64,000 nt of DNA from the IMG/VR virus record IMGVR_UViG_3300032242_002454, positions 62,001-126,000 of that record; one strand, 5' to 3'. Positions within the stretch are counted from its first letter, which is position 1, and the number at the start of each line of letters is the position of its first letter. Below the pieces are notes generated by a model. The model made no database searches and was not told the DNA's origin. It saw only the letters and a list, made by a program, of their open reading frames with translations. Below, one piece after another: positions 50,032 to 57,612 of this stretch. The translations under genes and the position numbers were made by a program.

Positions 50032-50377
50032 GTCGTTGAACATGATTGCAAACGGTTGCAGTCTGGATATGTTCGACAAGATTGTGTGTGCGTTGGAGGT
50101 GGCGTTGGGTGTGAACCAGCGTCGTACCGTGACCATCACGGGTGGTATGACTCTCGACAATCGCATCCATTGCATCAAGGCAATTCGACTCCACACCGGA
50201 TGGGGTTTGAAGGAAGCCAAGGATTGGAGTGACTATCTGGTTGGTGGCTGGAAGTACGACAAGTGGTATCCAGCACCGGCAGGCGTTAAGCACAGCATGA
50301 CTCTGAAAACGCCCGAAGCGGCAGAGGCACTGCTGCGTGAATTGACTACCTTGGGTTGCGAGGGTTTTCTCTCTTGA
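50003..50377 (+). CDS. Ribosomal protein bL12 (L7/L12) C-terminal-domain-like protein
   Basis: NRIHCIKAIRLHTGWGLKEAKDWSD matches the bL12 CTD pattern K(I/V)xVIKxVRxxTGLGLKEAK. Confidence 0.7.
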   Translation: MIKIELSVRESLNMIANGCSLDMFDKIVCALEVALGVNQRRTVTITGGMTLDNRIHCIKAIRLHTGWGLKEAKDWSDYLVGGWKYDKWYPAPAGVKHSMTLKTPEAAEALLRELTTLGCEGFLS

Positions 50378-50379
50378 CC

Positions 50380-50457
50380 TAAAGCCTTGTCCCTAAAGAA
50401 CTTAGGGCGAGGCGGGGCGGCCGAATTTGATGTAAGTCCTTATCTGGAAAGAACTTA
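50380..50457 (+). repeat. Double-palindrome element E13
   Basis: taaagcctt-N7-aagaactta / 28 / taagtcctt-N7-aagaactta. Confidence 0.9.
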
Positions 50458-50661
50458 GGACAAAATCAAAAATCTTTGAGGCTCACTCAAGTTCATGGTT
50501 GACAATGACGATACTATACTGTAGAATGAGAGTATCACGAGACAAGACTCCGCGATGATGCCAACAACAGAAACCATCACGACGGACTTGACAAGTGGGT
50601 AACAGTAGCGTATACTGATACTAGAACGATTGGTAACTGTAACACTTTTGGAGAAGATAAG

Positions 50662-50916
50662 ATGAAGAAGTTTAGTTTTACTGTTGATGTGGTGTCTGAA
50701 GACTTGGATCGTGAGGCTACTGCCCAGACTCTTAATTTGTGTCTGACCGATTCCCTCCCCGAAGATGCTCATGCTCATGTAAAGATTGGCGAGGTTAAGG
50801 CGTTTTCTGAACAAGGTTGGAAGGTATTCCGTGCTAGGGTTATGGGTATTACGGCGAAGCAGGCTGGCGATGCCCACAATGGTAAGGTAGAGAATGAGGT
50901 TGAGACGGTTGCGTGA
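50662..50916 (+). CDS. Hypothetical protein
   Basis: Promoter 50590; GGAG RBS. Confidence 0.7.
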   Translation: MKKFSFTVDVVSEDLDREATAQTLNLCLTDSLPEDAHAHVKIGEVKAFSEQGWKVFRARVMGITAKQAGDAHNGKVENEVETVA

Positions 50917-50981
50917 CCAACTCTAAGGAGTTATAATGACTGTGAGCCTTCACGGGACGCCGTGGGGGCTTGCAGTATTAC

Positions 50982-51054
50982 GCCCCTGTAGCTCAGTAGA
51001 TAGAGCGGCGAGCTTCTACCTCGCGGGTCGGGAGTGCAACTCTCTCCAGGGGTA
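50982..51054 (+). tRNA. tRNA-Arg(TCT)
   Basis: Acceptor GCCCCTG/CAGGGGT; anticodon arm GCGAG-CTTCTAC-CTCGC; T-loop TGCAACT. Confidence 0.9.
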
Positions 51055-51540
51055 CTATATATGTGTCCATTGTTTATTAGAAACGATTCTTTTGATATGC
51101 TGATAAGAAACATTATATATTCTTCCTAAGTCAGCTAATGTATATTTATCAGTACTATATAGTATTCTAATCTCTTTAATATTCTCTTCTGAGAGTTTTG
51201 CTCTGCCATGATCGATGCCTAGTCTAGGTTTTGTTTTGTGAGATTTAGCAGTATTTGATGATCTTTCTAACCATTGTAGATTATCTATATGGTTATTAGA
51301 CATATCTCCATCAATATGGTCTATGGTGGGATGGATCATATCATTAGGTTTAGGCTCGCCCCAAACGTCCATAACTAATTGATAGATTTTTCTTCTATAT
51401 CCATTGCCAGTGTTAATAGTTAGGTAACCATCTTTGTCTTTAAATCCGATAAACTTTTGATACCTAAGACCAAAAATACGGCCATCTTTATAAACTAGAT
51501 AATTAGTATAAATTGGGTGTGTTTTTGCTTCGTTGTTCAT
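51055..51540 (-). CDS. HNH homing endonuclease with C-terminal DNA-binding domain
   Basis: TIDHIDGDMSNNHIDNLQWL; HGRAKLSE...TLADLGRIYNVS. GGAGG RBS before ATG 51540 (track start 51552). The only real minus-strand gene seen in the early region. Confidence 0.85.
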   Translation of the reverse strand: MNNEAKTHPIYTNYLVYKDGRIFGLRYQKFIGFKDKDGYLTINTGNGYRRKIYQLVMDVWGEPKPNDMIHPTIDHIDGDMSNNHIDNLQWLERSSNTAKSHKTKPRLGIDHGRAKLSEENIKEIRILYSTDKYTLADLGRIYNVSYQHIKRIVSNKQWTHI

Positions 51541-51568
51541 AATTTCCTCCATACCTTATAATACACCA

Positions 51569-51646
51569 CAAGTCCTTATTTGGCAAGTACTTAGGAGAAA
51601 TGCGGCGGGCCGGGTTTGACGTAAGTCGTTCTCGCATAAGGACTTA
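51569..51646 (+). repeat. Double-palindrome element E14
   Basis: caagtcctt-N7-aagtactta / 28 / taagtcgtt-N7-aaggactta. Confidence 0.9.
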
Positions 51647-51728
51647 GAGCAAAATATTTTTCACTAAAGAATATCTCTTGACTTAGCCGATTATTAGGTT
51701 ATACTTGATAGACACGAAAGGGAAAAGT

Positions 51729-52433
51729 ATGAAATACGCTATTGGTAATGACAAGTTGGGTAAGAATTGCTTGGTCGTGAGTCGTCCGGTTGGCGATACT
51801 TGCCCGCCCGATTGCGACTATCTTGGGAACGGATGCTATGCCGAAGCTACTGAAAATCAGTATAAAAATGCTCGCACTGCTGGATTCTCCAATATCATTA
51901 CGGAAAAGAATAAAATCCGTGCGATGATTCTGGAAGCAAAACGTACCCAAAAAAGTATTCGCTGGCAAGAACGTGGCGATTGGTTTCTCAATGGTGAACT
52001 TGACCTAGACTATGTTGCTAATGTAACGTGGGCTTGTGAGAGTATTCTTGCCGATGGTAACACTTTGCCCGATATGTGGTTTTATACTCATATCTACGAT
52101 GCTCGGCTTGTTAGTCTGGAAAAGTATATGAATGTATATGCTAGTGTGCATGACGATAATGATATGGGCGAAGCGTTGGCACAAGGTTTCAAGTTGTTTG
52201 CATGGTGTGATAGTGACATGAAGATTGCTCCCAAGCGTCCTAAGAGCAAAGTCAAGGCCGAAGCATGGCGACAAGCACTGCCCAAGCTGGTTGTTCTCAA
52301 CGCTACAAAGTTTGTGGTTTGTCCAGAAATCCGTCGTGGTCGTTCGGAAATCACTTGCACTGGCACTAAAGATAGTATATCATGTGACTTGTGTGTTCGT
52401 GGTTTGGCTAATGTCTTGTTTCCAGCCCATTGA
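51729..52433 (+). CDS. Gp88-like Cys-rich phage protein
   Basis: NDKL...TCPPDC...GCYA, RWQERGDW and C-terminal CPE...C...CDLC. Confidence 0.65.
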   Translation: MKYAIGNDKLGKNCLVVSRPVGDTCPPDCDYLGNGCYAEATENQYKNARTAGFSNIITEKNKIRAMILEAKRTQKSIRWQERGDWFLNGELDLDYVANVTWACESILADGNTLPDMWFYTHIYDARLVSLEKYMNVYASVHDDNDMGEALAQGFKLFAWCDSDMKIAPKRPKSKVKAEAWRQALPKLVVLNATKFVVCPEIRRGRSEITCTGTKDSISCDLCVRGLANVLFPAH

Positions 52434-52444
52434 AAGGAATAAAA

Positions 52445-53023
52445 ATGAGCTACGTTGGATTGTATGATGATGCAGGGAGTAAGAACGCTTTCTATATTAT
52501 CAAGGATAAAAAGATTGGCCGGAAGCGTGTGGGCTTCAAAGAGTTTGAGAATGAGCAGGAAGCTAAGTTTGCCCATCGGGTTCAAAAGCATCTGGCTCAG
52601 TTTGATTTGGCCCCTATGGTATATGGAGATGTTGGTTTTATTCGTAAACATGATGGCGAAATGACTTTTTATGGTTATTTGACCGAAGTTGCTCGGCCTA
52701 TGCCAGAGTGTAATGATGAAGATTGTTCTGGTGATTGTTTTCAGTGGTGTGAATGTAAAAATGGTACTGCTATCTCTGAAGTAGTTTGTTATTTGGGTGA
52801 ACACGGATTAGACTATAATGATGCCCATAGTGGTAATTTTGGTTATGTTCGACGCAAGGGAAAATGGATAGCGGTTGTTATCGACCTTGGAATTGAGAGC
52901 TTTACTGAATGGGATGAAGATATTTATGGGAAGTTTGATTACGATGCTGATGATGCTGTCGAGTTTGATGACTACGGCCGATGCAATTGTGTTCTATGTA
53001 AAAAGTTTCGAGAGGAACAATAA
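52445..53023 (+). CDS. Protein kinase-like (APH/Ser-Thr kinase fold) protein
   Basis: VGFK Lys motif, LAPMVYG, catalytic loop DAHSGN, DLG as the DFG equivalent. Confidence 0.75.
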   Translation: MSYVGLYDDAGSKNAFYIIKDKKIGRKRVGFKEFENEQEAKFAHRVQKHLAQFDLAPMVYGDVGFIRKHDGEMTFYGYLTEVARPMPECNDEDCSGDCFQWCECKNGTAISEVVCYLGEHGLDYNDAHSGNFGYVRRKGKWIAVVIDLGIESFTEWDEDIYGKFDYDADDAVEFDDYGRCNCVLCKKFREEQ

Positions 53024-53253
53024 TGAGCAAATACTATATCAAGTGTGGAACTCTAGAAATAATTTATTCCTGCAACAAATGCCCACGGGATGCTGCTATG
53101 GATGCTATCTGGGAAACAAATGAAAATGATACACTAGATGAGTATATCTATCTTGATGAACGTGGATATAGAGACTATAAAAATGCTGATGGTAAAACTT
53201 GTGTGTTGCATACTTCTCATATTCTCAAAGATGCTGGCTGGACATTAGAATAA
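53023..53253 (+). CDS. Hypothetical protein
   Basis: GAGG RBS; coupled. Confidence 0.65.
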   Translation: MSKYYIKCGTLEIIYSCNKCPRDAAMDAIWETNENDTLDEYIYLDERGYRDYKNADGKTCVLHTSHILKDAGWTLE

Positions 53254-53278
53254 ACATATAAAACAAAGGAGATATTTA

Positions 53279-53554
53279 ATGGAAAAGAAAGACGTACTAA
53301 ATAAGATGATTCCGGCCGATGATTTGCATTGGGTTGCTGATGAGGGTTTTGTGCTATTGAGTCTTGAAGAAGTAGAAGAGATTATTCAGACTGGGAAGGC
53401 TCAAGATATGTCTGAAGATGATATTATAAAGACCGTAAGATGGTGTGAGAGCATTAGAACCGGACAAGTATTATGGAAAAATATTCTAGCGGGAGGTATC
53501 CGTATTCATCACTTTGAAAATGACGAACCTATCTTTACGAAAGGCGTAGCGTAA
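53279..53554 (+). CDS. Hypothetical protein
   Basis: AAGGAG RBS. Confidence 0.7.
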   Translation: MEKKDVLNKMIPADDLHWVADEGFVLLSLEEVEEIIQTGKAQDMSEDDIIKTVRWCESIRTGQVLWKNILAGGIRIHHFENDEPIFTKGVA

Positions 53555-53562
53555 TCTTACCG

Positions 53563-53640
53563 CAAACCCTTGGTGCGTAAGCACTTAGGGCAAGCGGGGC
53601 CGCCCGGCTTTGACGTAAGTCCTTATCCGTCAACACTTTA
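53563..53640 (+). repeat. Double-palindrome element E15
   Basis: caaaccctt-N7-aagcactta / 28 / taagtcctt-N7-aacacttta. Confidence 0.9.
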
Positions 53641-53696
53641 GAGCAAATCTAAAAATCTTTTAAAGTTTCTCTACTAGACTGGTCGATAATATTGGT

Positions 53697-54092
53697 ATGG
53701 AAACGAAGCAAGAAATCAAAAGGAATGGACAGATGATCCAGTGGGTTGGGATTGTGATTACGATTTTGGGTTTGGCGTATACGGGAATCAAAGATTATCA
53801 AAAAGGTGATATAAAATTCCCTCCCATGCCTCAGAAACCGGCCTTGACAAAGATAGTTTATCCGGTACAATACTGTCTGATGGCTTACGACCCTAATGTT
53901 GACAAAGTTTTTTATCTACACGAAAACGGACAATGGCATGATTACGCTCCACAACAACGACGATACCAGACCACGCCGCAACCATATCAAGATCAAGGTC
54001 AGGCCGCAGTGGCAAGTTCCTACGGGTCACAAGGAACACCGCAATACTATTATGGACAATCGCCCCAAGCGTCTGCGAACCCGATCCGCTGA
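53697..54092 (+). CDS. Membrane-anchored protein with Q/Y-rich tail
   Basis: TM WVGIVITILGLAY; low-complexity C-terminus. Confidence 0.6.
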   Translation: METKQEIKRNGQMIQWVGIVITILGLAYTGIKDYQKGDIKFPPMPQKPALTKIVYPVQYCLMAYDPNVDKVFYLHENGQWHDYAPQQRRYQTTPQPYQDQGQAAVASSYGSQGTPQYYYGQSPQASANPIR

Positions 54093-54142
54093 AAAGCGTA
54101 GAGCTTGCGAGAGTGAGGATTATTGAGTATAATTAGTAGTAT

Positions 54143-54215
54143 GCCAGTGTAGCTCAGTCAGCAGAGCGTCAAATTTGTAATTTGAATGTCGCGGGTGCAA
54201 CTCCTGCCACTGGCT
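54143..54215 (+). tRNA. tRNA-Thr(TGT)
   Basis: GCCAGTG/CACTGGC; TCAAA-TTTGTAA-TTTGA; T-loop TGCAACT. Confidence 0.9.
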
Positions 54216-54281
54216 TTATGAGTCGAAAGAAAAAACGTATGTAAACGCTCTATCTGGTGTATATATTCGTATCCAGAGGAG

Positions 54282-54809
54282 ATGTCTATGATTGTAAAAT
54301 GTAGTTGCTGTAATAAAGAGTTTAATAAGCAGAAGTACGAGGTAATTAAGTCAAAAAATAATTACTGCTCACGTTCCTGTGCAGCAAAAATAAACAATAG
54401 GCTATTTAAAAAGAGAAGAAAAAAAGTTAGGCATTGTACGAACTGTAAGATTGAAATTATTGGCAAGGGAAAACTTTATTGTAGTATTAAATGTCAAAAT
54501 GTTTTTCAGTCAGAAATAAAGATAAAGTCATGGCAGCTAGGAATGGACGATGGATACGAAACTAATGGAACAGTAAGGAGGTATATAAAAAAATTCTTAC
54601 TGGAAAAAAGAGGTCAGAAATGTGAGGAGTGCGGTTGGAATAAAATCAATCCAAATACCAATAAGTGTCCATTGGAAATACATCATAGGGATGGAAATTA
54701 TAAAAATAATATAGAAGAGAACTTACAAATACTATGTCCGAATTGCCATTCATTGACAGATACATATAAGAATATGAACAAAGGTAATGGTAGAGAATGT
54801 AGAAGATGA
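54282..54809 (+). CDS. HNH endonuclease with N-terminal zinc-finger repeats
   Basis: CSCC...YCSRSC, CTNC...YCSIKC, CEECG...LEIHHRDGNYKNNIEENLQILCPNCH. Confidence 0.85.
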   Translation: MSMIVKCSCCNKEFNKQKYEVIKSKNNYCSRSCAAKINNRLFKKRRKKVRHCTNCKIEIIGKGKLYCSIKCQNVFQSEIKIKSWQLGMDDGYETNGTVRRYIKKFLLEKRGQKCEECGWNKINPNTNKCPLEIHHRDGNYKNNIEENLQILCPNCHSLTDTYKNMNKGNGRECRR

Positions 54810-54880
54810 TCCGGGATGGTGAAATGGTATCACAGCAGACTTTGGATCTGCGTTTCTACGTTCAAGTCGTAGTCCCGGAA
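54810..54880 (+). tRNA. tRNA-Gln(TTG)
   Basis: TCCGGGA/TCCCGGA; GCAGA-CTTTGGA-TCTGC. Confidence 0.9.
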
Positions 54881-54884
54881 TTAT

Positions 54885-54956
54885 TGGCGAGTAGCACAAC
54901 GGTTGTGCAAGCGGCTGTTAACCGCTAGGTTACAGGTTCGAATCCTGTCTCGCCAG
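54885..54956 (+). tRNA. tRNA-Asn(GTT)
   Basis: TGGCGAG/CTCGCCA; AGCGG-CTGTTAA-CCGCT. Confidence 0.9.
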
Positions 54957-54961
54957 CTTGA

Positions 54962-55048
54962 GGAAGAATGGCAGAGCGGTCTAATGCATCTGATTACTAA
55001 TCAGAAGAAGTGTAAAAACTTCCGTGGGTTCGAATCCTACTTCTTCCG
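54962..55048 (+). tRNA. tRNA-Ser with unusual ACT anticodon
   Basis: GGAAGAA/TTCTTCC; TCTGA-TTACTAA-TCAGA; long variable arm; canonical TTCGAAT T-loop. Confidence 0.85.
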
Positions 55049-55078
55049 TTCGGAGGCTGATGTTTGAGTTACGAAAAC

Positions 55079-55149
55079 ATTGGAGTAGTTCAACGGTAGA
55101 ATGACGGTCTCCAAAACCGTAGATGAGGGTTCGATTCCCTCCTCCTTTG
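55079..55149 (+). tRNA. tRNA-Trp(CCA), imperfect acceptor stem
   Basis: ACGGT-CTCCAAA-ACCGT; T-arm GAGGG-TTCGATT-CCCTC; acceptor ATTGGAG/CTCCTTT has two U-U mismatches. Confidence 0.65.
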
Positions 55150-55152
55150 CTT

Positions 55153-55224
55153 GGCCCCATAGTATAGTAGTTAGTACGCTGGCCTTTCACGCCGGAGACC
55201 TGGGAGCGTAACCCAGTGGGGTCA
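55153..55224 (+). tRNA. tRNA-Glu(TTC)
   Basis: GGCCCCA/TGGGGTC; CTGGC-CTTTCAC-GCCGG; atypical T-loop AGCGTAA. Confidence 0.85.
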
Positions 55225-55235
55225 TTTGTTTCTGC

Positions 55236-55275
55236 TAATCCTGCGGATTTGGAAGCTGTGGGAATAGTCAGCGAG
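55236..55275 (+). repeat. 40-bp family B repeat
   Basis: taatcctgcggatttggaagctgtgggaatagtcagcgag. Confidence 0.75.
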
Positions 55276-55346
55276 AATCCTAAAGTTTTGGGTGTTGACA
55301 GACCGATATTGGTATGGTAGACTGTTGGAACAAGAAAGGAAACTGT

Positions 55347-55520
55347 ATGAAGAATCTTCGTATCTACGACATTGTGACCGAGGATGGTAAAACTCTGGCA
55401 GATATTCAACTATCCATGCAAGAGGATTTTGAATGGTCGGATGTTTTTGATAAGCTCTATGATTTTACAACCGAGAGCGTCCAAAGTTATTCTTACGAGG
55501 AAATTACCGTAACCGAATAA
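55347..55520 (+). CDS. Small acidic hypothetical protein
   Basis: Promoter 55295; AAGGA RBS. Confidence 0.65.
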   Translation: MKNLRIYDIVTEDGKTLADIQLSMQEDFEWSDVFDKLYDFTTESVQSYSYEEITVTE

Positions 55521-55526
55521 TAAGGC

Positions 55527-55599
55527 GGGGCTTTAGCTCAGTTGGTAGAGCAAGGGTCTTTTAAACCTTTGGTCGTGGGTTCAAGTCCCACAGGCCCCA
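55527..55599 (+). tRNA. tRNA-Lys(TTT)
   Basis: GGGGCTT/AGGCCCC; AGGGT-CTTTTAA-ACCTT; TTCAAGT T-loop. Confidence 0.9.
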
Positions 55600-55651
55600 C
55601 TTGACAGTTGTTGATTGTTGGTGTAGAATAGAGGTAAGAAAGGGAGTAATT

Positions 55652-55828
55652 ATGAGATATGAAGATCACTATGATGGCTACAATTATGACTACGATGAAT
55701 TGGTAGAAAATACCGAGGATCTTGGTCTAGACGAAGAACCTTGGATGGATGGGTATGAGGAAGAAGATGACGAGGTTCCTTCATATGGTAAGAATTACTA
55801 TCCTAGTATTGAGGATGATCAGGACTGA
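55652..55828 (+). CDS. Highly acidic Tyr-rich small protein
   Basis: 23 D/E and 9 Y in 58 aa; promoter 55601, GGAG RBS. Confidence 0.7.
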   Translation: MRYEDHYDGYNYDYDELVENTEDLGLDEEPWMDGYEEEDDEVPSYGKNYYPSIEDDQD

Positions 55829-55890
55829 TTTTTGTGTGTGCTTCTAGGTGGGACTAGACCCTATTCTTTATTCCTTTCTTCTTCTCGGGA

Positions 55891-56418
55891 TTGTCGGTTC
55901 AAATCCGGCCACACACTTTTATGAACGCTTTCCAGCAAGAGCTTGATGATTTTCGACGTACCCCAGACGGTAAGATCATTCAAGGGGCTGCTCATACTAG
56001 CCGAGTATTAAATCACAAATATCGGAATGGTGTGATTATCAAGGCTGTCTGTTCTCTGCGTAAGATTGAGAATGATTTTGACAGTATTGCTTGTTGTGGC
56101 GTAAGTGGTTTGATGGTAGTGCCACAGATTGCGGAGATTCTCAATAAGAATATTATCGTTGTTCGTAAGGATGAAAGACGGTATAGTCAATTTTATATCG
56201 AAGGAGTATCTCCGTCTCGGTATGTTATTGTGGATGATTTGATTTGCTCTGGTGATACAATTAAGCATATTATTGGCAGTATTCATTTTGATACTCCGCG
56301 AGCAAAATGTATTGGTGCATATTTCTACATGGGTGAAGAGTGTGCCTACAATGCTTCTAATTCTAAACTTTTTGAGAAGCAGTTCGGGACGGTTATTCTA
56401 AACCCTTACGCTGATTAG
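55891..56418 (+). CDS. Type I phosphoribosyltransferase-like protein
   Basis: PRPP-binding motif YVIVDDLICSGDT; IACCGVSG; start may be ATG 55921. Confidence 0.8.
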   Translation: MSVQIRPHTFMNAFQQELDDFRRTPDGKIIQGAAHTSRVLNHKYRNGVIIKAVCSLRKIENDFDSIACCGVSGLMVVPQIAEILNKNIIVVRKDERRYSQFYIEGVSPSRYVIVDDLICSGDTIKHIIGSIHFDTPRAKCIGAYFYMGEECAYNASNSKLFEKQFGTVILNPYAD

Positions 56419-56476
56419 ACTTAGGACGAAACCGGGCGCCCCGGCGAGCCGTAAGTCCTTATCTATCAACCACTTA
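56399..56476 (+). repeat. Double-palindrome element E16 (overlaps the PRTase stop)
   Basis: taaaccctt-N7-ttagactta / 28 / taagtcctt-N7-aaccactta. Confidence 0.85.
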
Positions 56477-56578
56477 CGACGAAAAGAATTTTTCCAAAGT
56501 TTTCGCTTGACACTGCCGATAATATAGTGTAGAATCAGTGGACAAGAACGATTGAACAGCAACACGAAAGGGATGATT

Positions 56579-57532
56579 ATGGCTCATGCAGTTGAACAGA
56601 TGATGTTTGTTGGTGCGACCCCGTGGCACGGTCTGGGCAATAAGCTCGACGAAGCTCCCACGGTTTCGGAAGCGATGACCGCTGCCGGTCTGGATTGGGA
56701 AGTTGGTCTGAGAGATTTGATCACGCTGGAAACGAATCAACCCGTTCCAGCCCGTGCGACTTATCGCAAGACTGATGACAGCATCTTGGGCGTTGTCGGC
56801 CCGCGATACACTCCGCTGCAAAACAGCGAAGCGTTCGATTGGTTCCAGCCGTTTCTGGACGCTGGCGAGTGTGCATTGCATACTGCCGGTTCGCTCCACA
56901 GCGGTCAGAAGGTTTGGGTTCTCGCCCAACTGAACCGCGACAATAGCGAGATCGTGAAGGGTGACGAGGTTGGGAAGTTCATTCTTCTCAGCAACTCGCA
57001 CGATGGCACGACTGCTATTCGGGTTGGCTATACGCCGATCCGCGTTGTTTGTGCTAACACTATGGCAATGGCCCATAGCAAGAGCAGTGGTTCCAAGCTG
57101 ATCCGTATTCGTCACACCCGTTCCAGCAAGACCAATCTGGAAAACGTGCGAGACATTATGGACAACATCAACATGGAGTTTGAGGCGACTGCGGAACAGT
57201 TCAAGTTCCTCGCGTCCAAGAACTTCAATCAGGCCGACATTCGTCGCTATGTCAAGGTGATGCTTGACATTGACGGTACGCCGGACGATCAGATCAAGAC
57301 TCGTACCAGAAACATCATGGACGAGATTCTGAATCTGGTCGAAGGCCCGAAGCAGAGTGCGACGGGTGTTCGTGGAACTTGGTGGGCCGCGTACAACGGC
57401 TACAACGAGTACCTGAATTACAACAAGGGTCGCACGGAAGATAACCGTCTCGACAGCCTGTGGTTCGGACTCAACGCCAACGATAACACGAAAGCGTTGG
57501 AAAGGGCTATGGAGTTCGCTCAGGCACTCTAA
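56579..57532 (+). CDS. DUF932-family (TIGR03299-like phage/plasmid) protein
   Basis: MAHAVE...PWHGLG, LLSNSHDGTTA, TPIRVVCANT, RLDSLWFG; start may be 56573. Confidence 0.85.
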   Translation: MAHAVEQMMFVGATPWHGLGNKLDEAPTVSEAMTAAGLDWEVGLRDLITLETNQPVPARATYRKTDDSILGVVGPRYTPLQNSEAFDWFQPFLDAGECALHTAGSLHSGQKVWVLAQLNRDNSEIVKGDEVGKFILLSNSHDGTTAIRVGYTPIRVVCANTMAMAHSKSSGSKLIRIRHTRSSKTNLENVRDIMDNINMEFEATAEQFKFLASKNFNQADIRRYVKVMLDIDGTPDDQIKTRTRNIMDEILNLVEGPKQSATGVRGTWWAAYNGYNEYLNYNKGRTEDNRLDSLWFGLNANDNTKALERAMEFAQAL

Positions 57533-57557
57533 TCCCTCTCAATGGGGGTTGACACGG

Positions 57558-57593
57558 GAGCCGCCACTCAGCAATGGGTGGCGGTTCTTTTTT
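57558..57593 (+). terminator. Intrinsic terminator after DUF932
   Basis: GAGCCGCCACTCA-GCAA-TGGGTGGCGGTTC followed by a T run. Confidence 0.85.
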
Positions 57594-57612
57594 GTCTATA
57601 GGCAACTTGACA

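Larger units (their letters stand above)
38685..56535 (+). promoter_or_regulatory. Series of about 26 sigma-70-type early promoters, most carrying CGATA
   Basis: TTGACA/TTGCAA/TTGACT-16..18-TATAAT/TAGAAT/TATACT. -35 boxes at 38685, 39008, 39243, 39663, 39945, 40613, 41076, 41541, 42348, 42630, 43277, 43571, 44358, 45063, 45985, 46304, 46927, 47450, 47825, 49231, 50499, 50590, 51678, 55295, 55601, 56507. Confidence 0.85.

Noticed and set aside
50528-50590. Small RNA between promoters 50499 and 50590
   Set aside because: Only a weak TCCG/CGGA and TGATG/CATCA hairpin; insufficient evidence.
39094-57115. Minus-strand track ORFs across the early region other than the HNH at 51055
   Set aside because: They are antisense to promoter- and RBS-supported plus-strand genes, tRNAs or the structured RNA.
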